Shown here piece by piece: positions 15,901 to 24,240 of a DNA stretch of 34,051 bases. The stretch lies in IMG/VR virus record IMGVR_UViG_3300020061_000017, positions 1 through 34,051 of that record. One strand, written 5' to 3'. Within the stretch, counting starts at the first letter, position 1; every line of letters begins with the position of its first letter. A model generated the notes under the pieces. It was not told the DNA's origin. It did not search any database and was given only the letters and a program-made list of their open reading frames with translations. The stretch comes from a virus. Taxonomy: Duplodnaviria > Caudoviricetes. The translations under genes and the position numbers were made by a program.

Positions 15901-17692
15901 TCTTGATCTTGCCCACAGCCATACGCCCCAGAGCACCGACAGTGCTTTGAGGCATAGCGTCAAGCTTGGTGTTCTTCAACTCACGACGGAACTGTCCGTT
16001 GGAGAAGAACTCAGCCATCATCTCGTCGAGGTTGGTCAGGCCGTAATGCTTGGCATTCCCTGTCTGTTCGAGATGGGCTTTGGTTGCATCGAAGAGTGTG
16101 TTGAGATGCTGATAGGAGCGTCCTGCTTCTCCAGCCAGATTACCGTTGCGGCCGTTGGCTACCGCTCTCGCAGTCAGGCCGTGAACTGTCTCATGGAGGA
16201 GGACGTGCATCTTCGGGGTTTCACCGTGGATGCGAACTACGTCCTGCTTCGATTCGTAGTAGCCGGCTGCCTTGTCCGGAGTGATGTGGGCATAGCGATC
16301 GACATCCGCCTTGTGGGCAATGGGATCGAACTTCTGAATGGGGACTTCCAACCCACCCAGCCTTTCACCGACGCCCTTGAGGTATCCGGCCAGAGCACGA
16401 ATCTGCGGGCTTTCTCCGTACTTGTTCCCTTCGTTGTTGACGATGGAATCAAGGAGACCGCCTGTAGTCAGCTTCCCTTCGTGGTACTCCCGCATGACGC
16501 GGAGAGGGATGTTCGCTTCCTTGCTGAAGTCCAGTATCTTCTGGGGGCTCAGTTCGGATTTGATTTGACCCGCTCTGCTGGATAGCTCGGGGACACCGGC
16601 AGGCTTGGCCGAGGGCAGAGCCCCATCCCGCGCAGCGACAGCGGGTTCCCGAAGAGACTGTATAACCTCAGGAGCTAAAGGCTCACCTGTTAGACGAATA
16701 GACTCTTCGTTAGCTTGTCGTATGCGCTCCGCTGCGGCTGATAGCGGCTGTTCAACTGTAGATGCCTCTACGGCTTCACCGGCGCTCGTAGGAGCCTCTC
16801 CAACTCTAACTGGCTCGCTGACACCGGCTCCAATACTAGAATCGCTTGTAGCGCCTTCTAGGGGCCTTCCTGTGGCTTCTGGGATGAGGTCAGCAAATGG
16901 GTCTCCGCCCCACGCCTCAGCCCTGGCTTGGTCGAACTCATCGACGACAGGAGCTTCAACACGCGGTTCAACTACCGGCTCAGGGAGCTTGGCTTCCGTG
17001 TTGGCAATGGCATCGAGGGCGTCCTTGGTAGCGTCCCAGTGAGGCTTGCCTTCGGCTGAAGCCTGTCGGAAAGCCTGACGAGCGTTGGTCTCGGCTCGGA
17101 CACCTCCGCCTAGAGGAATCAGGTTGGTGATGACATCCGCAGAGATGTTCGCGATAGCCTCTTCACGAGGGCTCGCGTACTGCATCCCTTCCGCACCTGT
17201 TGCCTGCTGAGCCTTCTCTACACCTGACGTAGCGGGAGTTACCCAGTCGGGCAGATCGTAGCCGGCTTTCTCGGCAGCAAGACGCAGGGCTTTTTCACCA
17301 ATCCCAATCGGAGAGGCAGACAGAGCCATGCCGGGGAGGGCAGCTACATCGCTCGCTGCTCTGCGCAGGAAGCCTTCGCCCATTCCAACCGTAGGCTTGC
17401 CTTCAATCCCTTCGTAGTTGCCGCCTTCCCAGAGGGCCTTTGCACCGGTGGCGAAGTTCTCGGGGAAGTTGATCAGATCATCGAAGAGCCCTGTAGCGCC
17501 TGTCACCAATCCCGTAGGATCGAAGGGAGCTTGAGGAGCAGACACGACAGAGCCGCTCTCTACGTTTCCGAAAGAGGGCGGCTTCTGGGGCACCAGGTCT
17601 CCGAACAGATCGTCTGCCGGAGGAGGTGTTGGAGGCGCTGACGCTGCTTGCGGCTGTGAAGCCGGAATGAGATCAGCGAAGACGTTGGCTAT
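12956..17692 (-). CDS. Large internal virion/ejection protein (~1578 aa) with zincin metallopeptidase-like domain; probable true start at ATA 17692
   Basis: Last and largest gene of the ejection cluster. VLLHETVH...LTNLDEMMAE motif. The frame is open 33 codons upstream of GTG 17593, reading (M)ANVFADLIP..., a motif repeated further in. Confidence 0.8.
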   Translation of the reverse strand: MANVFADLIPASQPQAASAPPTPPPADDLFGDLVPQKPPSFGNVESGSVVSAPQAPFDPTGLVTGATGLFDDLINFPENFATGAKALWEGGNYEGIEGKPTVGMGEGFLRRAASDVAALPGMALSASPIGIGEKALRLAAEKAGYDLPDWVTPATSGVEKAQQATGAEGMQYASPREEAIANISADVITNLIPLGGGVRAETNARQAFRQASAEGKPHWDATKDALDAIANTEAKLPEPVVEPRVEAPVVDEFDQARAEAWGGDPFADLIPEATGRPLEGATSDSSIGAGVSEPVRVGEAPTSAGEAVEASTVEQPLSAAAERIRQANEESIRLTGEPLAPEVIQSLREPAVAARDGALPSAKPAGVPELSSRAGQIKSELSPQKILDFSKEANIPLRVMREYHEGKLTTGGLLDSIVNNEGNKYGESPQIRALAGYLKGVGERLGGLEVPIQKFDPIAHKADVDRYAHITPDKAAGYYESKQDVVRIHGETPKMHVLLHETVHGLTARAVANGRNGNLAGEAGRSYQHLNTLFDATKAHLEQTGNAKHYGLTNLDEMMAEFFSNGQFRRELKNTKLDAMPQSTVGALGRMAVGKIKNMYEAVVNGVRGILNLPEKAETALDALFAAQHKFLGDLRPHDRLIGKERNGVYNAPADEYGAAASAKPSETSRSEPPKIIPSWRRKAAQLVSWKGGDLFAKQKEEAALRGGEGDFLADRAAKLFDKAGFKKLDDAGKDVVRKAMQGDDVALSALEPKMRGAVTDTRSQIAKYQAELASQGIKQNGRDMSNMLYESLASGDYLTRAYGVYEIKPNIVDRIGYALSGAEAKGKPYWRWRQEQKHPEAVANITKFIQDNLIDPASKRPVEAQVEDILNDISDPRGKQTFEVTKEAARNSSILERRSNVPKPIRDFWGEFKDPRLESAFTLSRLAALTAKQGMLNRIFKDNDGKLFFDKEDAPQGFYSKLPENDDYGPLAGKYTRPDVAESLETQLTSMKDTASKTFRDAVLSVAKFGSRAFLVPAKMLKTVVSPMTFMVNNYSNMALMAKTAVQHGMMGKMLGIPETFKALEMNVKDLFGKLTPDEASTLIRHGILRDGAQFGELKKVRSRVEKEVEYDEAGPVERVGRATANAGAKIMSTMTDVYQLSDNAARAQFFYGEMTIQKKLHPEWSRKQLIEYSANVARDEVPTWGRAAPAVKGTSQLLGNFATWSGEVVRSYKNQVQRGASDLLNGATPAQKYYGFAQLVGTATSMSLATYVYPKILSSMFGLSGTDDDKKNSAMTKLVPDYQGGDALNVADVDPKSGKIIYMDATRLDPASPLTTFARREMEAWKKDEGLQKTLANLGDAGYGWLKDQFFTPGPALSAALGIATGENRFGKEIDTEGKQKLAIEAFKPGAVVTAQRIEKMQKRGVNQKVVQAQKAGLPMYEMDSRKQMLYSSYDLKDKAAELKTLFSKSFGREDPSTDAELKERYTDYLSKERDLFRELNDKAEALKTILGPDAAKDIIADTVKEAKLPKSLANGIKNGKFEPSSFGGDGDFLDRKMQSALYNDPQREAEIKKDFANRRKQLSLLRRNYEQLLTD
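15662..15690. repeat. Dispersed repeat, copy 2 (GATTATTTTGGGAGGCTCGCTTCGCGATG), inside the large virion gene
   Basis: Near-identical to 10116-10142, same orientation. Confidence 0.75.
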
Positions 17693-18531
17693 TGGACGTA
17701 CCCGAATTTAGCCATCGCTTCTTTCAAGCGGGCTTCTACCTTGGCGGGATCAGCACCGGCCTTCACCGCTGCGTTGGCTTGCTGCATCAGCACTTCGACA
17801 CTAGGGGCATTAGGCTGTGACGGGGATGTCTGTTGCGGGGGTGCCTGCTGTGGTGTACCGGGACGAGCAGTTCTGCCCGCGCCTGCCTGAGAGCCCAGCG
17901 AAGCGTTGACATTCTCGCCGCCATACACCGGATACAACTGAGACTTAACCTGATCGGCAATCTTCAGCGGATCAACCTTGCCGCGGTCATCGAGGACATC
18001 CGCACTACCGCTCTTCTCAATCGACTCGTACAGCCGCATGTAGTCGGAGCGAATCTTGTCAGCCATCGCATCCTTGTCGGATACAGGCTTCTCACGACGG
18101 TTCTTTTCCGTGCTCGACTGAATCTCTTCAAGACGAGCAGCATTCATGCGCGGCTGCCACTGAGCGTTCTCTAGGTCAGCCTGATCCTTGAGAATCTTTC
18201 CACGCTTCGTCTCGGCCAGAGCGTCTTTGTATTCCTGACTCGTTTCACTAAGCGGGATTGTCTTGCCGCCCTTGGTCCTGCCGAGGACATTACCCGTCTC
18301 AGGATCAGTGAAGGTGCTGGCTACGTCGCCAGACTCGCGCTCGTGCTTCTTCTCATCTGATTCGTCAGAGAGCTGTTGCCGCATGCGTGTCAAAAACTCA
18401 TCGCGTTTCTGCTGCGCGTCCAGTTCCAGTTTCTTAAGTTTGAGCTGACGCTCGTCTTCTGCGTTCTTCTGGAGACTACCGCCAACGGAATTTGCCGCCG
18501 CTGCCAATGCCGCCCATGCAGAGCCGGACAT
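17689..18531 (-). CDS. Internal virion (ejection) protein
   Basis: N-terminal AWAALAAAANSVGG, then coiled coil and P/Q-rich tail; TAATG coupling; sits directly upstream of the largest virion gene. Confidence 0.7.
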   Translation of the reverse strand: MSGSAWAALAAAANSVGGSLQKNAEDERQLKLKKLELDAQQKRDEFLTRMRQQLSDESDEKKHERESGDVASTFTDPETGNVLGRTKGGKTIPLSETSQEYKDALAETKRGKILKDQADLENAQWQPRMNAARLEEIQSSTEKNRREKPVSDKDAMADKIRSDYMRLYESIEKSGSADVLDDRGKVDPLKIADQVKSQLYPVYGGENVNASLGSQAGAGRTARPGTPQQAPPQQTSPSQPNAPSVEVLMQQANAAVKAGADPAKVEARLKEAMAKFGYVQ

Positions 18532-19016
18532 TACAGGCCACCCATCTGGTCAGGCATTGCGCCCTGCATGGGCATCGGCTGCTGTCCTTGAGGGGCCTGC
18601 TGAGGCGGAGCGCCTTGCATGGGAGAGGGGGCACCATCTTGAGGAGGTGCTCCATTTGGTGCTTGCTGTTCCAGCGCCTGCTCAACAGCCTCGTAGGCCG
18701 GCCGCAGGGCGGAGAGAGGTGCCTTGTATCCTAGCTCTTTCGCCACCTCGAATACTGCATCAAGGACCAAATGCACGACGCCCATCTCACCCCACACTTC
18801 CTTCTGAGGGAGCGCGTCGAGTTTAGGCTTCATGCGAAACAGGATCGTCGAGGCCGCTGTGGAAACTGCGGCCGGTATCGCGTCGGGACTTTTGGTGTTC
18901 GCAAGCTGTTGCTGGAGCATCTCCACGCCTTGATCGCCGTAGACGATTCCCGAAGCGACTGCAACGGCCTTCCGAGCCTCTGGAGAGAGCGCGTTGCTTG
19001 GTTTCTTACTCGCCAT
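18531..19016 (-). CDS. Hypothetical virion-cluster protein
   Basis: Helical core with P/Q/M/G-rich C-terminus; coupled at both ends. Confidence 0.7.
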   Translation of the reverse strand: MASKKPSNALSPEARKAVAVASGIVYGDQGVEMLQQQLANTKSPDAIPAAVSTAASTILFRMKPKLDALPQKEVWGEMGVVHLVLDAVFEVAKELGYKAPLSALRPAYEAVEQALEQQAPNGAPPQDGAPSPMQGAPPQQAPQGQQPMPMQGAMPDQMGGL

Positions 19017-19407
19017 TAGTGGGGCTCACGTATTGGTTCCAGAGAGAATCAGGAGCGCGACCGTTGGTCTGCGGGCGGGCGAACAAAGAACGTTTCTGCC
19101 ACGGGATGTTAGGACCGTTCACAGGAACAGCGCCCCCATTCAATGCACCGTCTTCACCGGCTGCACCAGCCGTAGCAGCCTCGCCTTCGGACGCTGTGTA
19201 GCCCTTCGCGTATTTCGCCCAGTTGCCGACAGCGCCTTGGCGATAAGCCCGATCCTCAAGATCGAACTTGCGCTTCTCTGCCATCAGCTCTTTCTGAGCC
19301 TCGATCTCGCGCTCCTGCGCGTCCTCAGAAGCACTCTGTTGTGCTTCGCTAGAAGCGTAAGCTCCAACGGCGCTGATTCCTGCGGCAATCGCGACACCCC
19401 ACGGCAT
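19006..19407 (-). CDS. Small ejection/pilot-type protein (P22 gp7-like N-terminus), paralog of 19952-20278
   Basis: MPWGVAIAAGISAVGAYASS hydrophobic G/A segment plus EAQKELMAEKRKFDLEDRAYR; AGGA SD. Confidence 0.7.
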   Translation of the reverse strand: MPWGVAIAAGISAVGAYASSEAQQSASEDAQEREIEAQKELMAEKRKFDLEDRAYRQGAVGNWAKYAKGYTASEGEAATAGAAGEDGALNGGAVPVNGPNIPWQKRSLFARPQTNGRAPDSLWNQYVSPTNGE

Positions 19408-19416
19408 AGTTTGTTC

Positions 19417-19962
19417 CTATCTTTTAGTGCAGAAGATCACGCTTACGCGATCTGAAGTGGATTTGTTAGTGACCCAGTGAAGCTGACTATTGTCGAAAAA
19501 GAATAGATCACCGGGTTTCGATACGAGTTGCTTGGATTCAAAACAGAATGTCTGTTCTTCATTGGCTTCGACGCTCAAACAGAACTTATCTGCGTAGTGT
19601 CGGGCGTGCCAGCCTCGATCTATATGCGGCTTAACTTCTCCGCCAGCGGGAATCCGGGTCACGAGAACGCCGCCAAGTTCGTAGCCTCCCACCATTTCCA
19701 AAATGTCGTAGGCAAGAAGCCCGAGCGGTTTTAACAGCGTCTCGCCCAACTCGTCATACCAAACCGATTTGAAAGGCCCTTCGATGCCGTACTCGCTGAT
19801 CGGCGCGTAGCGCGCCCAAATGTCAGAGCATCCGTAGTGCGGCGATCTTGGATCGGAGGTGCGGGCCTTGTTGCGATCCCAGAGACTTTGGTCTTTCAGG
19901 GCCGCACGCAGTAGCGCAACGTTGAATCCCGTTGCAACCAACTCGATCGGATCAGCCGGCAA
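19417..19962 (-). CDS. Aspartyl/asparaginyl beta-hydroxylase-family 2OG-Fe(II) oxygenase
   Basis: VLVTRIPAGGEVKPHID (HxD), PGDLFFFDNSQLHWVTN (distal His), DRVSVIF (2OG-binding Arg). Confidence 0.85.
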   Translation of the reverse strand: MPADPIELVATGFNVALLRAALKDQSLWDRNKARTSDPRSPHYGCSDIWARYAPISEYGIEGPFKSVWYDELGETLLKPLGLLAYDILEMVGGYELGGVLVTRIPAGGEVKPHIDRGWHARHYADKFCLSVEANEEQTFCFESKQLVSKPGDLFFFDNSQLHWVTNKSTSDRVSVIFCTKR

Positions 19963-20278
19963 AATATTGCGACCATTTCGAGGTGGCGGTGCGTCTGTAG
20001 CCCCGGTCTTCCAAGTCTTGCTTACGTTGTTCTGCCAGCATTTGTTTCTTGGCTTCTATGCTCAGCTTAGTATTCTGCTCAAGGGCCGCAGCGTCTGCTT
20101 TCGCACCCGCATAGCTCCCTGCTGCTCCGATGATTGCGCCCCACATTGAGTTGTTGCCAGAACTCAGACCCGTGTCACTTGAGTACGGGTTGTACGACGG
20201 ATCGGTTGAAACATAATTTGATTGGGAGGTATCCGGGGCGATGTAACCCTGCCCCCACCCTGCGCCGTAGGCATTCAT
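19952..20278 (-). CDS. Small ejection/pilot-type protein, paralog of 19006-19407
   Basis: SMWGAIIGAAGSYAGA plus EAKKQMLAEQRKQDLEDRGYR; TAATG coupling. Confidence 0.7.
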   Translation of the reverse strand: MNAYGAGWGQGYIAPDTSQSNYVSTDPSYNPYSSDTGLSSGNNSMWGAIIGAAGSYAGAKADAAALEQNTKLSIEAKKQMLAEQRKQDLEDRGYRRTATSKWSQYFAG

Positions 20279-20997
20279 TACGGGCCGTCTCCGTACATGT
20301 ACTGATCAATCTGCCCGGCAGCGTAGTCACCGAAACCTTGGACAAACCCCATTGCTGCGTCGGGATCGTTGAAGTAGTCAGGATTGCTAAACATCGTTCC
20401 GTATGCGCCTTGGATGATGTTGCCGTACAGATTCCTCTGCCACTCCTGCCCGCCGTAGTAGTCCTGAAGCGCATATTGATTCTGCATTTGCGACTGTTCA
20501 AACTGCTGGTTCTCACGTGAGCGCATAGTCTCTTGATCTTGACCGTAGCGGCTGGCTGCATAGCTCCGATCAGAGCCGTAGCGAGAAGCGCCGGCTGCTG
20601 TTCTGGCGTTCGACATCGACGTAGCGTTCGCGTTGTTCGCAGCGAGAATCTGGTTCAAAGCATCCTGATTCTGTGTAGCCGCTGCGCCGAATGCGCTGGC
20701 GTCGCCCTGTGCAATCGGGAGAGCTGCGCGGATGGCTGCACCCTCAGCGTTGCCTGCTGCGTACGAACTGTTGCCGAGCCCACGGCCTGCGGCAGTAGCC
20801 ATTGCTCCGCTACGGGCCTGATCAAGATAGCGAGAGCCGTTGGCTACAAGGTCGTTGAGGTTGTTGGAAACCAACTCGTTGTCTTGTGTGTTGCGTGTGA
20901 AGGCTCCGCCTTGGGAAGCCCAGAATCCAGTGGGGAGTGGAGCGTTGGTACGAGGCTGCGGAGCGCGGTACATGCCGCTCGTGTTGTAAGCATTCAT
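20278..20997 (-). CDS. Virion protein (A/G/N/Q-rich, ejection cluster)
   Basis: AAGRGLGNSSYAAG...AAIRAALPIAQGDA is typical of podovirus proteins downstream of the nozzle. Confidence 0.7.
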   Translation of the reverse strand: MNAYNTSGMYRAPQPRTNAPLPTGFWASQGGAFTRNTQDNELVSNNLNDLVANGSRYLDQARSGAMATAAGRGLGNSSYAAGNAEGAAIRAALPIAQGDASAFGAAATQNQDALNQILAANNANATSMSNARTAAGASRYGSDRSYAASRYGQDQETMRSRENQQFEQSQMQNQYALQDYYGGQEWQRNLYGNIIQGAYGTMFSNPDYFNDPDAAMGFVQGFGDYAAGQIDQYMYGDGP

Positions 20998-21000
20998 TCG

Positions 21001-24000
21001 TTATCTGGTCTTCTGATTCGGGGAGTTGCCGAGTTGCTGCTTGCCGCCCATGAAGAACACCACGAGGGCTTGGAGGACGTGGCCGGGGTAAATGTGTTCC
21101 CCGCCGATTTCGACTGCGACTGAGGTTCCTCGTCCTTCAAGCTGGACTGTCAGGTAGTCGGAATCTTTGATGATGCGGACAGGTTTTCCTGTCGGATCAA
21201 TCTCCACAGGGCGCTTGGTGGCGTTGAACGGCTGATAGTCGCCAGCAACGTTCGTGTAGCCGTCGAAGTAGTTCTGGGACAACAGCTCAATGCGTGCCGC
21301 ACGGACAATCGTGAACTCTGCCGGCGCGTCCAAGCTCATGAAGTTGAGGCGAGCGAAATGCTTGATTGGGGCAAGATCAAACCGCGTGCCCTTGTCAATC
21401 GAGTAGACGTAGATTTCCCGTTCCGGCACCTTCGGGGTTGTGATGTTCGTCTCGTCGAAGGTCTTCAGTTCAAACGTGCCAAAGATGAGATCGCGGCCTG
21501 AACGGCTTGTGCCCGTACACATGAACACCGGAATCATCGTGTCGAGGTTGTTGGAGTCTAGATACGACTGCTTCGTGAACTCGTAGCCTCTGTCACCAGT
21601 CGGCAACCCGCACGTCAGGATTGCTCCGTCGGCGAAGTAAAGTCGGTACTGGTTCTTGTTGCGGACGGGCAGGGCAAAGAGGATGTTCTGGCTGGTAGCC
21701 TGGTAGGCAAAGCGATCGTTCACCCGGTCCATCAGATACGGCGTGATCTGGTAGGACACACGCCCGTTCTCGAAGTCGCCGTACTTGTTCGTGGCGTCGA
21801 TCGTCGAGATGCCGCGGAAATCAGCGAACAGCGGGATACCACAATCAACGACGGTGTACTCAATCGCTCCCGAGTAGGGAGAGATCACCTGCTGGACAGC
21901 GTTGTTGTCTTCCGTCGCTGTCAGGACATCGCCCGCGAGGGCGTGAACAGATGCTTCGCAGAAGACTCCCAAAGCTGTGCCGTTGAGACTCAGCAACCCC
22001 GTGATGCGATCACCGAAGGCGTAGATGGTCGAGCCATCCACAGGATCGAAGTTGGTCGGCTCTCCGGGGAACGAGACGATGCACTGCCCGTTGTCGTAGC
22101 CCAGCACTGCATAGTTGCGGTGATAGGCGATGTGAGAGGGCGTGTCTTCCGTGGAAGGGAGCGCGGTGTAGACGTTGTAGAAGTAGTAGCCGTCGTACTG
22201 GAACGAAGGACCAACACCTGAGACGCCGTAGAACGCAACCCAATCGGAGTTCGCGTAGTAGTTGGCGGTGATGATCTCGAAGCGTTTGTGAGCGTTGTCC
22301 AGTGAAGACCTGTTGGGCAACACCGCAGCCTGCATCTGGGACGAGAACTTGGCGATGAGATCGCCCCCGCCATCTCTGGCAGTGCGCAGTTCCCATCCAC
22401 CGCCAATCGTCCACGTCGTAGAGTCAACCGACCCCAAACCGCCTGTGCTGTCCAACGGCGTGATGCTGTACACCGCCATCGAGCCCGTTGCCCACAGTTC
22501 TTGTGGAGCGCCTGGATTGAAGATGCCTTTCGACAGGTGGTAATACGGGATGGTGACTTGGAGGTCTTGCCCGCTCACCGGATCGTGGGCGTAGTACGCC
22601 GTTACCGGAGTCCTATAGAAGACCTTCAGTGAGACATCGGTGATTTGGAGACGCTGAGCACCGCCGCCTACTTGCTCGGTCAGCTTGAACTTCAGGCCGA
22701 ACGTTGCGTCATCACGGACAGCGGCGAGGAAGTTAGTTGCAGAAAGCGTTACGCCCCACAAGTCTCCGTCACCGCCCAAGACGTAGGGAACAGCGGCGGA
22801 GGCAGCGGGGACAGAGGCAGTCTTGACAGACGACGGGTTGGCGGCGAAACCGTCTCCGGCCAAGGAGAAGTCAGCCGAGCCTGTAGTAGAACCGCCTGTG
22901 GTGATCGTTGCCGTCACCTCGATCCCCGTCAGGATTGCTCCGTCTGGGATGGAAGCTAGGTTGTAGCCCTTAAGGATTGCGTACGTTCCCGTTGCTTCAT
23001 CGGGACCCGTGAGGATCGGGAGAGCAGCGAACGTCGCAGAGGAGCCGTCCCCCAACACTGTATGGAGTGCTGTTGCAGCCGGAACGGTGAATGATGACCC
23101 GCCGAACGGGGTGGCGACTGTTGCCGTCGAATCGAGCGTTTCGCTGGTGGCGAGAGCCGTGATGTTCTGCGTGGAACTCAGCAGGTCGGAAGCAAACTCA
23201 CCACGGAACACTGTAGCCGGGGCATCGCCCGTTGTGTCGTCGTCAGTGGTGAACTGGATTTCCCAGCCCATGTCCACCGGCTTCCACAGCTTTCCAGGTC
23301 GAGCGGAGTTGGTGTTGATCTGCTCGGTAGTCTGGAAATCATCATCCAACGGTCCTTGGAAGAGTTGCGCTGAAGGACTGCCCGGGGTGCGGCGATCGGT
23401 GATAACGAAAGCCGCAGCATGAGATGTGAACGCCGTTGCTCCGTCCGGCCTCCGAATCGTCTTTGAGCCGGCTTGTATAGAATTGGTGGTGAGGAATCCG
23501 TCAGTGCGGATTACCATCGTTCCAGCAGCATCGCCTGTGGACCACGAGCCGGATGTGACGAGGACCGAAAGGATTGTCCCTTCCTTGGCACCGGTCAGTG
23601 TGATCTGATCGCCGGGCAGCACTTCAAACGCACCCGTGTCAAACGTAATTTGGTACCCGTCCGCAACTGCGTACAGCGCGCCGCGATACCAATGCAGCCC
23701 GTGGGGGATGATGTTCTTGGCGTACGTGTCAAAGACGTAGATCGACTTCTTGTCAGTGCGGACGGTCTCGTAGATATCTTTCTGCGCGTCGAGGAATGAC
23801 GCCATGTCCGAGTAGTAGAGACTGGCGCGAACAATGCCTCCGGTGTCGGCTGTCAGTGTTGCGCCGGAACCGAAACCTGTGATCTCGTCACCAACCTTCG
23901 GGGCTTCTTCCGGGTTGAGGATCAGGTAAGAGAGGACTCCGTTGGCACCGTCCCAGCTCACAGCCTGCCCGAAGAAGTTGACCCCGTTCTTCAGGTATTC

Positions 24001-24240
24001 CCCGACAGTAAATGTCCCAGAGCCGTCAGAGCGTGTAGCAATCACCCAATCCCTGTTGAAGCAAGGGGTGGTGCCGTCGTAGCGAGCGATGCCCTCCATG
24101 ACGCCATATCCGGCGATGGAATAGGTTTCGTAGTTCAGATTGTCTTGGAGCGTTCCTGGCGTCACTGCGTAGCGCGGCGACACCAAGTCCAAGCCGCCTC
24201 TCAGCGGGACGACAACCTGCTGGTATTGCGAGTCAGCCAT
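21001..24240 (-). CDS. Tail nozzle / tail tubular protein B-like beta-propeller protein with large inserted domains
   Basis: N-terminal VPLRGGLDLVSP...PG...NYE; propeller blades PSHIAYHRNY...SFPGEP...GDRITGL; C-terminal KNQYRLYF; follows the adaptor gene. Confidence 0.8.
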   Translation of the reverse strand: MADSQYQQVVVPLRGGLDLVSPRYAVTPGTLQDNLNYETYSIAGYGVMEGIARYDGTTPCFNRDWVIATRSDGSGTFTVGEYLKNGVNFFGQAVSWDGANGVLSYLILNPEEAPKVGDEITGFGSGATLTADTGGIVRASLYYSDMASFLDAQKDIYETVRTDKKSIYVFDTYAKNIIPHGLHWYRGALYAVADGYQITFDTGAFEVLPGDQITLTGAKEGTILSVLVTSGSWSTGDAAGTMVIRTDGFLTTNSIQAGSKTIRRPDGATAFTSHAAAFVITDRRTPGSPSAQLFQGPLDDDFQTTEQINTNSARPGKLWKPVDMGWEIQFTTDDDTTGDAPATVFRGEFASDLLSSTQNITALATSETLDSTATVATPFGGSSFTVPAATALHTVLGDGSSATFAALPILTGPDEATGTYAILKGYNLASIPDGAILTGIEVTATITTGGSTTGSADFSLAGDGFAANPSSVKTASVPAASAAVPYVLGGDGDLWGVTLSATNFLAAVRDDATFGLKFKLTEQVGGGAQRLQITDVSLKVFYRTPVTAYYAHDPVSGQDLQVTIPYYHLSKGIFNPGAPQELWATGSMAVYSITPLDSTGGLGSVDSTTWTIGGGWELRTARDGGGDLIAKFSSQMQAAVLPNRSSLDNAHKRFEIITANYYANSDWVAFYGVSGVGPSFQYDGYYFYNVYTALPSTEDTPSHIAYHRNYAVLGYDNGQCIVSFPGEPTNFDPVDGSTIYAFGDRITGLLSLNGTALGVFCEASVHALAGDVLTATEDNNAVQQVISPYSGAIEYTVVDCGIPLFADFRGISTIDATNKYGDFENGRVSYQITPYLMDRVNDRFAYQATSQNILFALPVRNKNQYRLYFADGAILTCGLPTGDRGYEFTKQSYLDSNNLDTMIPVFMCTGTSRSGRDLIFGTFELKTFDETNITTPKVPEREIYVYSIDKGTRFDLAPIKHFARLNFMSLDAPAEFTIVRAARIELLSQNYFDGYTNVAGDYQPFNATKRPVEIDPTGKPVRIIKDSDYLTVQLEGRGTSVAVEIGGEHIYPGHVLQALVVFFMGGKQQLGNSPNQKTR

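Noticed and set aside
12956-17692. N4-like virion RNA polymerase
   Set aside because: Less than half the size of N4 vRNAP and no polymerase catalytic motifs recognised; only the capsid is N4-gp56-like.
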